A stretch of 59,871 bases of DNA from Puniceicoccales bacterium (GTDB taxonomy: Bacteria > Verrucomicrobiota > Verrucomicrobiia > Opitutales > JAIRKQ01), in assembly GCA_031258695.1 (NCBI GenBank), contig JAIRMM010000012.1:1-59871 (forward strand), in the 5' to 3' direction. Numbering within the stretch: the first letter of the stretch is position 1; every line of letters starts with the position of its first letter. The notes under the pieces are model-generated. The model was not told where the DNA came from. It worked only from the letters and a program-made list of their open reading frames with translations, and did no database searches. The position numbers were made by a program, and so were the translations under genes. Shown piece by piece: positions 30,182 through 40,571 of the stretch.

Positions 30182-31336
30182 TTAAGTGGATTCTGCCATT
30201 AATGCTCTAAATCTGCTATGAAATTCTTGCTCGTCCGTCGAAAAATCCACAAAACTTTGAATTCTTTCCTCGGACCCAACAATTCTAAATTTATATCCCG
30301 CCTCTAGCAAGTATACGAATTCGAAATGGCTTGTCGCTCCATATTGATCGAAATCGCTCCTATTTCCGGCAACCAATGCTTTGATAGCGTATTCGACGCG
30401 TGAACCAATGGTTGATTTGTCAATGGGAGTGTTAGCAATTGGACTGCTTGGCTCATTGCTTAGTGCATAAACTTGACGAAACACATGATAGGCATAAAGT
30501 TTTTTAAAATCCTTCACATCATCTATCTTTGATAGAATGTCATCTTCCATAACCTTGGACAGCGTACGTTTATAGTCAGAACTGGGACCCATGGAATCAA
30601 TTTGCCTCAAAATTTCCTTCCAAATGCGATATGATGTGCATACTCCCAGTGGGGTAAATGTGTGACCATACTTACTCTCGGGAAGTATGAATGTTATGTT
30701 TCCTCCTTGGGAAGAGACATATTGAACGCGTTTCCCAAAAATCGCTCCCCACGTTAGGAATCCGGCGGATGGAACTGACCATAGTAGCCATCCAATTGCA
30801 GGTATAACAGTACCGCCTGGGGCTTTGGGAATTGAAACATCTTCGGTATATCCCAATGCGATGCTTCCTTGGGCATCAATGTAATTTGAAAGTGCAATCA
30901 AAGCGTTACGCTGTGGACTCCTAACATCCATTTGACCCATGATATCGCCAATTTTTTTACTCAAGTTCGGCAATTCCGCATCGGGTAAATTACCACCCAA
31001 GAACCGGTCGATTTGATCCTGTGTGTCCTGATCAAGCGTAGCCCACCTATTTGAGACTTGGTCCAATGAAGTCTGTCTTTCCAAACCCCGGCCCGTGGTC
31101 CGTCCCTTCGATACTCGGTCCAATTGATAGGATCCCCCCATGTCCAATAACCCATGTCGTTTGAGGAACCTACGAAGAACAGTGTTTGCGTATGTTCGCT
31201 GATACCAATCAAACTCAGGGCTTTTAGACTTTCGATCCACAAAATTTCTTACGGCCGTCGCCCCTTTATAACTGCTATCAATGAACGTTCTGCCGTCCAT
31301 GCCACGGAAACGTAGCAAAAGTTCTTCATATGTCAA
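30182..31336 (-). CDS. Orphan 384-aa protein, tandem paralog 2
   Basis: See 28904..30058. Duplication unit is 1278 bp (stop-to-stop spacing). The TTG start at the homologous position is uncertain. Confidence 0.6.
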   Translation of the reverse strand: MTYEELLLRFRGMDGRTFIDSSYKGATAVRNFVDRKSKSPEFDWYQRTYANTVLRRFLKRHGLLDMGGSYQLDRVSKGRTTGRGLERQTSLDQVSNRWATLDQDTQDQIDRFLGGNLPDAELPNLSKKIGDIMGQMDVRSPQRNALIALSNYIDAQGSIALGYTEDVSIPKAPGGTVIPAIGWLLWSVPSAGFLTWGAIFGKRVQYVSSQGGNITFILPESKYGHTFTPLGVCTSYRIWKEILRQIDSMGPSSDYKRTLSKVMEDDILSKIDDVKDFKKLYAYHVFRQVYALSNEPSSPIANTPIDKSTIGSRVEYAIKALVAGNRSDFDQYGATSHFEFVYLLEAGYKFRIVGSEERIQSFVDFSTDEQEFHSRFRALMAEST

Positions 31337-31460
31337 AGGAAAGTAAAAATTTTCGCAAAAACGAAATTATTTGTGCGATCGCAAATATGTGGGCGAAGAA
31401 ATGTAAATACTATTACCAACCAAAGAAAATAAGGCTAGGCTCAACCCGTGCAACTTCCAA

Positions 31461-31513
31461 AACTACCCACGGAAATGCTGGCATGACATTTGTTTATGAT
31501 TGCCATCAAGTGG
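31461..31513 (-). repeat. Remnant of a third duplication-unit boundary (matches 30137..30189)
   Basis: aactacccacggaaatgctggcatgacatttgtttatgattgccatcaagtgg versus aactacccatggaaatgtcagcatgacgtttgtttatgattgccattaagtgg. The second sequence runs into the stop codon of paralog 2; here the match ends. Confidence 0.75.
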
Positions 31514-31556
31514 GGTAAGGCGGTTTTGGCATGCCATAATTTTTCCAAAAAATATT

Positions 31557-34055
31557 TCACTTAGCCGGATGTAGCGATAACTTTTCGCTATCCTTTTCGT
31601 GGGAAATGGTAATTTTTGCTCCGGTGGAAATTTCACCGCTCAGCCATTTATCGGCAAGGGGATCTTCGACATTTTTTTCGATGGCCCGCTTCAGTGGGCG
31701 GGCACCAAACTTCTTGTCGTAGCCATTTTTTACGAGGAAACCTTTCGCATCATCGGAAAAGGTCAGGGTTATTCCCTTTTCGACGGCACGCTTGCTGACC
31801 TTGTCCAACTCAATGTCGACGATTTTTTGCAAAGCTTCATGGTCAAGTTGTTTAAACACGATCATATCCGTTAACCGATTGATAAATTCGGGCTTAAATG
31901 TCTTTTTGGCCTCATCGATTATCGACATTTTGATCCGCTCAAAACTTTGGGATGTATTTTGATCCGCCACAAAACCAAGGGCCATATCCTTTTGCAAAAT
32001 CTCGGCTCCGACATTGCTCGTCATGATTAAAAGCGTATTTTTAAAATCCACCTTGCGCCCCTGACCATCCGTCATATGGCCATCTTCCAAAACCTGCAAT
32101 AAAATTTGTAAAACGTCGGGATGGGCCTTTTCCACCTCATCGAAGAGAATGACCGCATAGGGCTTGCGCCTAATTTTTTCCGTTAGCTGGCCTCCGTCAT
32201 CGTGGCCCACGTACCCCGGAGGAGATCCGACCATTCGCGATACGGAATGTTTTTCCATATATTCGGACATGTCGATCTGGATAACGGCGTCCCTGTTACC
32301 AAAAATCTGTTCAGCCAGCATCTTGGCCAAGTAGGTCTTTCCCACCCCCGTGGGACCGAGGAATAAAAATGACCCAATTGGTTTGTTGGGATCATTCAAA
32401 TCCGTCCGTGAACGGCGGATCGCACAGGCGATGCTTTCGACGGCTTCATCCTGGCCGATTACGATCTTTTTCAATGTCTCACCCAGGTGTAGCAGGCGTT
32501 CCGATTCTTTCTTTTCAAGGCGTGTAATTGGAATCCCCGACCAACCGGCGATGACAGCCAAAATGGCATCGACGTCAACTGTGATGATGCTATTTTTCGA
32601 TTTCCTTTGGGCCTGGCGAGAAAGCTTCTCTTTCTCTTTGATTAGCTGTTTCTCCATATCCCGCAATTGGGCAGCTTTTTCAAAGTTCTGCATCCCGATC
32701 GCCGATTCTTTTTCGCAATGTACCTCTTCGATCTTTTTCAACAATTTTTCCATTTTCGGAGAATTGGTGGATACATTTAACCTCGCCTTGGCTCCCGCTT
32801 CATCGATGACATCAATGGCTTTATCGGGTAAAAACCTATCCTGGATATACCTTGCAGAAAGTTTTACAGCCTCTTCAATTGCTCCATCCGTATACTTTAC
32901 GGCATGGTGTTCCTCGTAGCACTTTTTGACGCCATGCAGAATCAAAATGGCATCCTGAATGCTTGGGGGTTCGACCTGTACGGGTTGAAATCGGCGTTCG
33001 AGCGCGCTGTCCTTTTCTATGTGCTTGCGATATTCATCGAGGGTGGTCGCTCCAATGCATTGGACTTCTCCCCGCGACAGTGCCGGTTTCAAGATATTCG
33101 ACGCATCCATGGCCCCTTCCGATGACCCTGCCCCGACGATCGTATGTAGCTCGTCCAAAAATAATATTACATTTTTTGCCCGTTTAATATCCTCCATGAC
33201 AGCCTTTAAACGTTCTTCAAATTGTCCCCGATATTTTGTTCCTGCCAGCATGAGGGCTATGTCGATGGAAATGATCCTTTTATTGAGTAAGGCTTCGGGA
33301 ACCTTGCCAAAGGCTATCGCCTGGGCTAACCCTTCCGCTATCGCCGTTTTCCCCACCCCCGCTTCGCCAACTAAAACGGGATTATTCTTTGACCGCCTAC
33401 ATAGAATTTGTAATACCCGCGTAATTTCTTTTTCTCGACCAATCACGGGATCTAATTTGTTTTCCTTTGCAATTTCGGTCAGATCACGGCCAAAGGTATT
33501 CAACGCCGGTGTTTTTATGCCCGATGATTGGTTGTCCTTGTCGGATATTTTTTCCGATGTGAAATGGAAATCATCGTCGTCATTGTTCCCTTCGTCTATG
33601 CCAACGAAGTTGGGATCAAGGGCCGATAATATCGCCTGTCGGCAGCTTTCCATCTTCACACCTGCTTCCGCCAACAACCTGGCTGCAATCTCATCATCCT
33701 CGCGCAAAATTCCCAGCAGGAGATGTTCGGTACCAACGTAGGGATGTTGTAACATGCTCGCCTCCTTAGCCGCTGCCAGGAGAACCTTTTGTATGTGCGG
33801 AGATAGCGTAATGTTGGACCCATTTTGAGCATCTCCGTTGGCCGTCGATAGGTACTGTTCGATCCTGGCACGAATTTTTCCAAGGTCGACTCCCATGGAC
33901 CGCAAAATATTAATGGCGATACATTGGGGCAATCTCATAAGAGCCAACAGGAGATGTTCAGGCCCAATGACAGATTGACCAAATCGCTCTGCCTCCTGCC
34001 TAGCCATCGCGAGGATCTGCTGGGCACGCGGAGTTAAATTTACCATTGAATTCAT
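31557..34055 (-). CDS. clpC: ATP-dependent Clp protease ATP-binding subunit ClpC
   Basis: Double Clp_N repeat, two AAA+ modules (GEAGVGKTA and GPTGVGKTY), a UVR-like linker (NFEKAAQLRDMEKQL), and the GAR signature KKFGARPLKRAIE. Confidence 0.95.
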   Translation of the reverse strand: MNSMVNLTPRAQQILAMARQEAERFGQSVIGPEHLLLALMRLPQCIAINILRSMGVDLGKIRARIEQYLSTANGDAQNGSNITLSPHIQKVLLAAAKEASMLQHPYVGTEHLLLGILREDDEIAARLLAEAGVKMESCRQAILSALDPNFVGIDEGNNDDDDFHFTSEKISDKDNQSSGIKTPALNTFGRDLTEIAKENKLDPVIGREKEITRVLQILCRRSKNNPVLVGEAGVGKTAIAEGLAQAIAFGKVPEALLNKRIISIDIALMLAGTKYRGQFEERLKAVMEDIKRAKNVILFLDELHTIVGAGSSEGAMDASNILKPALSRGEVQCIGATTLDEYRKHIEKDSALERRFQPVQVEPPSIQDAILILHGVKKCYEEHHAVKYTDGAIEEAVKLSARYIQDRFLPDKAIDVIDEAGAKARLNVSTNSPKMEKLLKKIEEVHCEKESAIGMQNFEKAAQLRDMEKQLIKEKEKLSRQAQRKSKNSIITVDVDAILAVIAGWSGIPITRLEKKESERLLHLGETLKKIVIGQDEAVESIACAIRRSRTDLNDPNKPIGSFLFLGPTGVGKTYLAKMLAEQIFGNRDAVIQIDMSEYMEKHSVSRMVGSPPGYVGHDDGGQLTEKIRRKPYAVILFDEVEKAHPDVLQILLQVLEDGHMTDGQGRKVDFKNTLLIMTSNVGAEILQKDMALGFVADQNTSQSFERIKMSIIDEAKKTFKPEFINRLTDMIVFKQLDHEALQKIVDIELDKVSKRAVEKGITLTFSDDAKGFLVKNGYDKKFGARPLKRAIEKNVEDPLADKWLSGEISTGAKITISHEKDSEKLSLHPAK

Positions 34056-34148
34056 GTTTTTTCAAAAGGACACATGATACGCATTGCGGTATAATTTGCA
34101 AGTGTCGATGCAATATTCACACCATTTTGGGTCAAAATCAAGCAATTT

Positions 34149-36194
34149 TTATGCCACGACCCCATTCAAATTCTCCAATAAATCGGTTTCGTTCCAGATT
34201 TCCAAGCCCAGAGATTGAGCTTTTCCCAATTTTGAACCACAATTTTCTCCGGCAATAAGTACGTTCACTTGCCTAGATATGGCATTGGCAACATTACCGC
34301 CGAGGCGTTCGATTTTTTCAGCTGCTTCTTGGCGTGTCATGGATGACAATGTGCCGGTTAGGACAAAATTTTTCGCGTAGAATTTCGAATTTTGATTCCG
34401 TGAAATTTCCAAACGCCCATCGCCGGGAACGACCCCTAACATTCGCAAATCATCGAGGATGTTCCCGTTATGTTGTTCCCTAAAAAATGAAACTATCCCA
34501 TGGGACAATTTTATCCCCACACCGCTGATCTGTTCCAACTCTTCGGGCGTCGCAGCAATCAGATTGTCCAGGGAGTGGAAATGGTTCGCTAGAATCTTTG
34601 CCGTTTGTTCCCCAATACCCAAAATGCCGAAACCGTGCAACAGGCGCCAAAGGGGCCGATTTTTGCTATGGTCGATGTTGCTCAAAATTTTCAAAGCCGA
34701 CTTGGTTCCAAATTTTTCCAAACGTTCCAAATCATCAAACGTTAGGCGGTAGATATCGGCGATATTGTTTAGTTTTTTTACCGCCATTAGTTTTTCAATT
34801 ATGGCCGAACCCAATCCGTCAATATCCATGGCTGTCCGTGAAACGAAATGTTCCAGGCGCCTTTGGATTTGTGGCAAACAGCACAAATTTTGACATCGCC
34901 AGGCAACCTCTCCGGGCAGCTGTATCAACTGCGATCCACAGGATGGACAGGTCTTGGGGAAAACAAACGGCATGGAATCTGCGCTTCGCCTCGTACCATC
35001 AACGGCTACAATCGCAGGGATTATCTCCCCCGCCTTTTCCACCGTCACATAATCTCCAATGCGAATATCTTTTTTCGATATTTCATCGGCATTGTGCAGG
35101 GTGGCCCGGGAAACATTTGTGCCCGACAATTGTACGCTTTCCAAATCTGCCACCGGGGTAATTATTCCCGTACGGCCGACTTGCAGGACGACATTTTTGA
35201 TTTTTGTCGTTGCGCGTTCCGGGGTGAATTTATAGGCAATGGCCCACCGTGGAGATTTTGCCGTTGCCCCCAAAATTTCGTAAAGTTGTAATTCATTGAC
35301 CTTCAACACCGCCCCGTCGGTCCAGTAGGGAAAGATATGCCGCGTCTCGTTTAGTTCTTCGACAAACTTCCACGCTTCTTCGATATTTTTAGCCATCCAG
35401 TATTTTTCCTGGGACGCAAACCCGAAATTTTTCAAAAGTTCTAGAACTTCACTTTGGAGATTTACAATTTTTTCCGAACAGTGGCCAACGGCATAGGTAA
35501 TTAATTTTAAATCTCGCCCGGCAACTTCATCGATGGCAAGGGTCTTTAGGGTCCCGGCAGCCAGGTTACGCGGATTGGCAAACGGTTCAAGTCCCTGTTC
35601 CTCCCGTATTTTATTTATCCCAATAAAAGTCTGTTTGTCCATGTAAACTTCCCCACGAATTTCAATGGCTTCGGCATGGTTTTCGATTTCCAATGGCAAA
35701 CCCTTAATTGTTTTAATATTCGCACTGACATCGTCTCCTACCGTACCGTTCCCTCTGGTCAGTGCCCTAAAAAATTTCCCCCTCCTGTAGATCAAATTGA
35801 TCGCGATACCATCGATTTTTGGTTCGATGATATAGGAAAATTTTCGTTGGCCAAGCGTAGCCTCCAGGCGGCTAGAAAATTGAAACAGTTCCTCCCGGGA
35901 ATAGGTATTTGATAAACTCATCATGGGGGACAGATGGGCAAATGATTGAAACCCGGAATTTCTATCATCCCCGATGGCCGTATCTTCTATCTCCACTGCA
36001 TAAACTGATAAAATTTCTCGCAACCTTTCCACCTCAGACTTCAAACAATCATATTCAAAATCAGAAATTCTAGGATTGTTCTCCCTATAATATAGCCTGT
36101 CATGGAGACTCACCTCGGCCAATAATTTATCGTATCTCGCTTTCAGTGCCCGGATTTCGGATGTTGAATAAGTTTTCGTAATGTTGCTCACCAT
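34149..36194 (-). CDS. ligA: NAD-dependent DNA ligase
   Basis: Adenylation motif EPKIDGIAINL, Zn finger CPSCGSQL...WRCQNLCC, HhH region and a C-terminal BRCT (FVLTGTL...R.EA...IE..GG). Confidence 0.95.
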   Translation of the reverse strand: MVSNITKTYSTSEIRALKARYDKLLAEVSLHDRLYYRENNPRISDFEYDCLKSEVERLREILSVYAVEIEDTAIGDDRNSGFQSFAHLSPMMSLSNTYSREELFQFSSRLEATLGQRKFSYIIEPKIDGIAINLIYRRGKFFRALTRGNGTVGDDVSANIKTIKGLPLEIENHAEAIEIRGEVYMDKQTFIGINKIREEQGLEPFANPRNLAAGTLKTLAIDEVAGRDLKLITYAVGHCSEKIVNLQSEVLELLKNFGFASQEKYWMAKNIEEAWKFVEELNETRHIFPYWTDGAVLKVNELQLYEILGATAKSPRWAIAYKFTPERATTKIKNVVLQVGRTGIITPVADLESVQLSGTNVSRATLHNADEISKKDIRIGDYVTVEKAGEIIPAIVAVDGTRRSADSMPFVFPKTCPSCGSQLIQLPGEVAWRCQNLCCLPQIQRRLEHFVSRTAMDIDGLGSAIIEKLMAVKKLNNIADIYRLTFDDLERLEKFGTKSALKILSNIDHSKNRPLWRLLHGFGILGIGEQTAKILANHFHSLDNLIAATPEELEQISGVGIKLSHGIVSFFREQHNGNILDDLRMLGVVPGDGRLEISRNQNSKFYAKNFVLTGTLSSMTRQEAAEKIERLGGNVANAISRQVNVLIAGENCGSKLGKAQSLGLEIWNETDLLENLNGVVA

Positions 36195-36279
36195 AAATAA
36201 TTTTTATCAAAATGAAATGTCAGCTTGTCATTTGATCACAAAAAAATAACAAAGAACCCCATCTTTTTCAAAATTTATT

Positions 36280-37404
36280 ATGAAATTTTCCATAGAAAAG
36301 ACTACGTTTGTTAACGGCCTGCAGCAAGTTTTAAGCGTCGTTGAACAACGGGCAATTATCCCGGTTTTAAGCAATGTGTTGTTGGACTGTGTCGACGGTA
36401 GACTGAAAATCACTGCAACCAATTTGGACATTTCCATCCATTGCCAGGTGAAGGCGGAAATCGAAATTGAAGGCAAAATAACACTTCCGGCAAGGAAATT
36501 GGCCGCCATTGTTCGCTCCCTGCCAGGGGATACCGTCGTGGTGGAACTCGTCGGTACGACGGTGAAAATTTCTTCCGGCCGTTCCAACTTCCAAATCATG
36601 GGTCTGCCGGCGGATGATTTCCCAACCACCAATGAACCAAATCCGTTGAATAAAACACAATTGCAGCAGGCGGAGATGGCAAAAATGCTAAAAAATGTTT
36701 CCTTTGCCCAGTCCAACGATGACAACCGTTTTATCCTAAACAGCGTATACTTTTGTTTCGACCAGAACAAACTAACATTCGCTGCGACGGATGGTCGCCG
36801 CTTGAGTCTGGTATCCAGGGAGATAGCTGAGAGCGTAGAAAACACAAAGGGAGTAATAATTCCCAGCAAAACAATCCGGGAAATTGAAAGACTCCTTGGC
36901 CAGGGGGAAGATGTGTCCTTCCTGTTCGATAATCGCCAAATTGTGTTTCTAATTGCCGTGGATAAAGAAAATCAGGATGGTTTAATGGGTGACATCAAGG
37001 TGGTTTCCAAAATCGTTGAAGGCAACTACCCAAATTTTCGTCAGATCATCCCCCAGGGGGCAGAAAATCGTGTAAAACTCGATCGCCAGCTTACCCTCGA
37101 ATGCATTCAAAGGGTAGCAATCGTTGCCAATGACCAAAAAAACCTAGTCAAACTACGTTTCGAAAATAATACCCTGGAGATATCCGCCGAAAGCCAAGAA
37201 TACGGGAATGCCCATGAAAAGATTGCCATTGTCTACGAAGGGAAACCGATCGAAATCGCATTCAACCATGTATTTATTTGCGACCCATTGAAGGTTCTGA
37301 CACAGGATGAAGTATTTTTTGAATTTAAGGATGAATTAAGTGCTGGAGTTTTTAAGACCCTAGAAGATTTCCTATATGTCGTCATGCCATTGCGAATGGG
37401 ATAG
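36280..37404 (+). CDS. dnaN: DNA polymerase III beta sliding clamp
   Basis: MKFSIEKTTFVNGLQQVLSVVEQRAIIPVLSNVLL...ATNLDISI and FAATDGRRLS are typical of the three-domain clamp. Confidence 0.9.
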   Translation: MKFSIEKTTFVNGLQQVLSVVEQRAIIPVLSNVLLDCVDGRLKITATNLDISIHCQVKAEIEIEGKITLPARKLAAIVRSLPGDTVVVELVGTTVKISSGRSNFQIMGLPADDFPTTNEPNPLNKTQLQQAEMAKMLKNVSFAQSNDDNRFILNSVYFCFDQNKLTFAATDGRRLSLVSREIAESVENTKGVIIPSKTIREIERLLGQGEDVSFLFDNRQIVFLIAVDKENQDGLMGDIKVVSKIVEGNYPNFRQIIPQGAENRVKLDRQLTLECIQRVAIVANDQKNLVKLRFENNTLEISAESQEYGNAHEKIAIVYEGKPIEIAFNHVFICDPLKVLTQDEVFFEFKDELSAGVFKTLEDFLYVVMPLRMG

Positions 37405-37434
37405 GCTCAAAAAGTTAAAAAGAGGGATTAAAAC

Positions 37435-38730
37435 ATGTGGACGATTTTATTGTATAGATTTTTGTTTATTCCATGCTTCCTCATTGCCATGCCATACTAT
37501 GCCTATCGCATGATAAAAAGAGGTGGCTACAAAAAAGATTTCAAGTATCGTTTTGGATTGTTTAAAAAGCTTCCGAAAAGAAAATTCGGCAAAAAGCGAT
37601 TGTGGATACAAGCCGTAAGTGTCGGAGAAGTCAAAGCACTTGAAAAACTGATAAATTTGCTCGTGGGGTCTGACTTGTACGAAATCGTTCTAACAACTAC
37701 GACCAGCACGGGGTATGAGCTAGCCCGTCGGATGTATGCGAGCAAAATACTATTCGTGGGATTATTTCCCTTTGATTTTTGGTTGTTTAGCTGGCTGGCC
37801 TGGAAAAGAATTTTTCCCCACCTGGCGATTCTCATGGAAAGTGAAATTTGGCCGGAACATCTTTGGCAGGCACATTTGCGTGGTGTCCCAGTCATCCTGA
37901 TAAATGCACGTATTTCAGACAAAACATTTGCCCGCTACAAAGCTTTCCCAAATTTGGCAAAACCGACCCTGGACAATATTTCCTACATATTGGCGTCGGA
38001 CCAGCTAATGGCGGACCGTTGCCATGAAATAGGGATTGCCTCGGATCGCATAAAAATTGTGGGGAATATGAAGTTTGACAATAGGATCCCTCGGTTGGAT
38101 TCGGCGGAAGCATCGGCCCTCAGGCATACCCTTGGTTTTACGAAAAATGACCTAGTTTTGCTAGGATCATCCACCTGGCCCCAGGAAGAAGCAATGCTTA
38201 TTAGGGCACTCAAGAGGTGCCGAAATGGCGACGGCCGGTGGAAATTATTGCTTGTCCCTCGCCATGCGGAAAGGCGCAATCGAATCATTGACCTATTGAA
38301 AGCATCCGGCTTCAAATGGCATCAACGGTCTAAAGGCAATGCGAAGGGGGAAGTTGACATTTGTTTGGCCGATACCACGGGCGAGCTACAAACGCTGACA
38401 TCGATTGCCGACCTGGCGTTCATCGGGAAAAGTTTGGCTCCGAATGCCGGTGGTCAATCCCCCGTGGATGCTGCATGCTATGGTATTCCCATCGTCTACG
38501 GCGATAGGATGGCCAATTTTAAGGGTATTTGCCTATCCCTGGAACACTCCAAGTGTGTTATCAAAGTTAAAGATTCAGCCCGTGCAATCATGGCCATAGC
38601 CATGCTCGCAAAGGATGAAGACAAGAGGCAAAGCTTTGCTAAAAAATTGCAAGAATGGCATAAAAACAACTGCGGAGCATCTGAATTTATCGCTAAAAAA
38701 ATTCAGGATATTGCATTTGCTAATCGGTAG
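37435..38730 (+). CDS. waaA: 3-deoxy-D-manno-octulosonic acid (Kdo) transferase
   Basis: N-terminal TM followed by LWIQAVSVGEV (the family WxHxxSxGE motif). GT-B C-terminal half ending GGQSPVDAACYGIPIVYG. Confidence 0.85.
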   Translation: MWTILLYRFLFIPCFLIAMPYYAYRMIKRGGYKKDFKYRFGLFKKLPKRKFGKKRLWIQAVSVGEVKALEKLINLLVGSDLYEIVLTTTTSTGYELARRMYASKILFVGLFPFDFWLFSWLAWKRIFPHLAILMESEIWPEHLWQAHLRGVPVILINARISDKTFARYKAFPNLAKPTLDNISYILASDQLMADRCHEIGIASDRIKIVGNMKFDNRIPRLDSAEASALRHTLGFTKNDLVLLGSSTWPQEEAMLIRALKRCRNGDGRWKLLLVPRHAERRNRIIDLLKASGFKWHQRSKGNAKGEVDICLADTTGELQTLTSIADLAFIGKSLAPNAGGQSPVDAACYGIPIVYGDRMANFKGICLSLEHSKCVIKVKDSARAIMAIAMLAKDEDKRQSFAKKLQEWHKNNCGASEFIAKKIQDIAFANR

Positions 38731-38737
38731 TACGCCC

Positions 38738-39556
38738 GTGGAAATCATTACAAGTAGACAAAATGATCGAATAAAATTTCTATGCAAACTACGGGACCGC
38801 GTAAAACGGGACCGTCATGGGATGTTCCTTGTGGAAGGCTACCGCGAGCTATCACGGGCCATGGACAATGATATTCCCATGGATGGGATTTTTTTCTGTG
38901 AAAAGTTTTTCAAAGATCTCGCCCCCTGGGACCTAATCCAACGTACCGAAAGCAAAAATATTCAAATTTGCCAAGTAAGCGACGAAGTTTTTGAAAAAAT
39001 TAGTTGCCGTGAAAACTGTGACGGCATCCTTGGGCTGGCCAAATTTTGGCACTTGGATTTCCCCCATGTCAAGCTATCAAACAATGCCCTTATTTTGGTC
39101 GCAGAAAGCATTGAAAAAGCCGGTAATCTTGGTGCCCTAATGCGTTCGGCGGAATCTGCCGGCACCGATGTGTTAATTTTGTGCAACCCCGTAACCGACA
39201 TTTTTAATCCCAATGTTATTCGGGCATCCCAGGGGGCAGTTTTCAGTTTGCCAACGGTTGTCACAGGCAATGAAGAAACATTGGAATTTTTGGGAGCAAA
39301 TGCCGTCCAAATCTTCGCCACAACACCATCCGCAAAAAATATTTATTTCCATGAAAATTTTACGTCTCCCACGGCTATCGTCGTTGGATCCGAACATGGT
39401 GGACTGTCAGATTTCTGGTTAAAAAATGATAGGGTAATGCCCATTGCACTTCCACAAAAAGGGATGAGCGATTCCCTCAATGTCAACGACGCAGCCGCGA
39501 TTGTCCTATACGAAGCTGTGCGGCAGAGGATGCAAAAAGAATCCAGCTGGATGTGA
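38738..39556 (+). CDS. SpoU/TrmH-family RNA 2'-O-methyltransferase
   Basis: SPOUT motifs: IEKAGNLGALMRSAESAG, IVVGSEHGGLS and PQKGMSDSLNVNDAAAIVLYE. The ORF opens at 38615 inside waaA. An in-frame GTG at 38738 (VEIITSRQNDRIKFL) begins just after the waaA stop and fits the family N-terminus. Confidence 0.75.
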   Translation: MEIITSRQNDRIKFLCKLRDRVKRDRHGMFLVEGYRELSRAMDNDIPMDGIFFCEKFFKDLAPWDLIQRTESKNIQICQVSDEVFEKISCRENCDGILGLAKFWHLDFPHVKLSNNALILVAESIEKAGNLGALMRSAESAGTDVLILCNPVTDIFNPNVIRASQGAVFSLPTVVTGNEETLEFLGANAVQIFATTPSAKNIYFHENFTSPTAIVVGSEHGGLSDFWLKNDRVMPIALPQKGMSDSLNVNDAAAIVLYEAVRQRMQKESSWM

Positions 39557-39603
39557 TTTTTTGTTGTCAATGCTAACAATTTATCAATTTTCAGAGAAAT
39601 TGA

Positions 39604-40440
39604 ATGGCATTTATCCGTAAAAATTTACCAAAGGGCGAACCCATTGCCCTCATCGCAGGGCGCGGAGATTATCCAATCCTATGCGCCAAAAACATCGTGG
39701 CTTCTGGGCACGATATCGTCGTCGTCGCCGTGGACGATGACGTAGACATTGGGTGGCTCAATGGTTTTCCTGCCCAAAATGTCACAAAAGTTTCCGTTGG
39801 CCAGATGTCGAAATTGTTGAAAGCGTTGGAACGTTTTGGTGTAAAATTTGCCATCATGGCTGGCCAGGTAAAACCCAAAAAGCTTTTCCGGGGGATGTTG
39901 CCGGACCTCAAAGCACTCAGGATGCTAATGACACTGAAGGAACATAACGCCGAATCCATCTTCGGAGCCACCGCCAAAGAAATTGTAAACATCGGCGTGG
40001 AACTATTGGATGCTCGTTCCTTCATGGAGGAGTATCTTGCCACCAAGGGCCCCATGACGCCTAGGAAATTGGAAATCAATGGAAAAAACCTCCAACTGGG
40101 AATTGATACCGCCCGGGAAATTGCCCGCCTGAATATTGGGCAAAGTGTCATCGTGCACCGGGGAACCATCGTGGCAGTCGAAGATTTTGCAGGAACCGAT
40201 GACCTCATCAATCGGACGGGAAAATTTAATTTGAAGGATACCATTTTTGTAAAAACAGCCAAATATCAGCAAGACTTTCGTTTTGACGTGCCCATTTTTG
40301 GCATGCAAACGTTGAAAAACCTACACAATGCCAGGGTAAAGTATGCTGCTTTGGAGGCGCAAAATGTTATAATCCTGGACAAAAACAATGTGTTAGACTG
40401 TGCTACCAAATTCGGCATCGACATCATTGGTTTCGAATAG
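39604..40440 (+). CDS. lpxI: UDP-2,3-diacylglucosamine diphosphatase LpxI (DUF1009)
   Basis: IALIAGRGDYP, FAIMAGQVKPKKLF, REIARLNIGQSVIVHRGTIVAVEDFAGTDDLINR and FDVPIFGMQT match my recollection of Caulobacter LpxI (DIGQ..VV..G.VLAVEA.EGTD; DLPTIG). Confidence 0.8.
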   Translation: MAFIRKNLPKGEPIALIAGRGDYPILCAKNIVASGHDIVVVAVDDDVDIGWLNGFPAQNVTKVSVGQMSKLLKALERFGVKFAIMAGQVKPKKLFRGMLPDLKALRMLMTLKEHNAESIFGATAKEIVNIGVELLDARSFMEEYLATKGPMTPRKLEINGKNLQLGIDTAREIARLNIGQSVIVHRGTIVAVEDFAGTDDLINRTGKFNLKDTIFVKTAKYQQDFRFDVPIFGMQTLKNLHNARVKYAALEAQNVIILDKNNVLDCATKFGIDIIGFE

Positions 40441-40571
40441 ATCTAACCGCCTGCCATCCATGGGGGCCATGGAAATAAACAGCGCGGAACAGCAACAACG
40501 AACAAAGCAACAGGCTTTCTCTTCGCAAAAAGGAAATTTTGTAAACGCTTTGGGAACAAAGATTGAATCAA

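Noticed and set aside
36195-36279. Replication origin next to dnaN
   Set aside because: No dnaA gene is adjacent, and I found no TTATCCACA-like DnaA boxes in this 85-nt spacer or in the larger spacer at 55171-55877.
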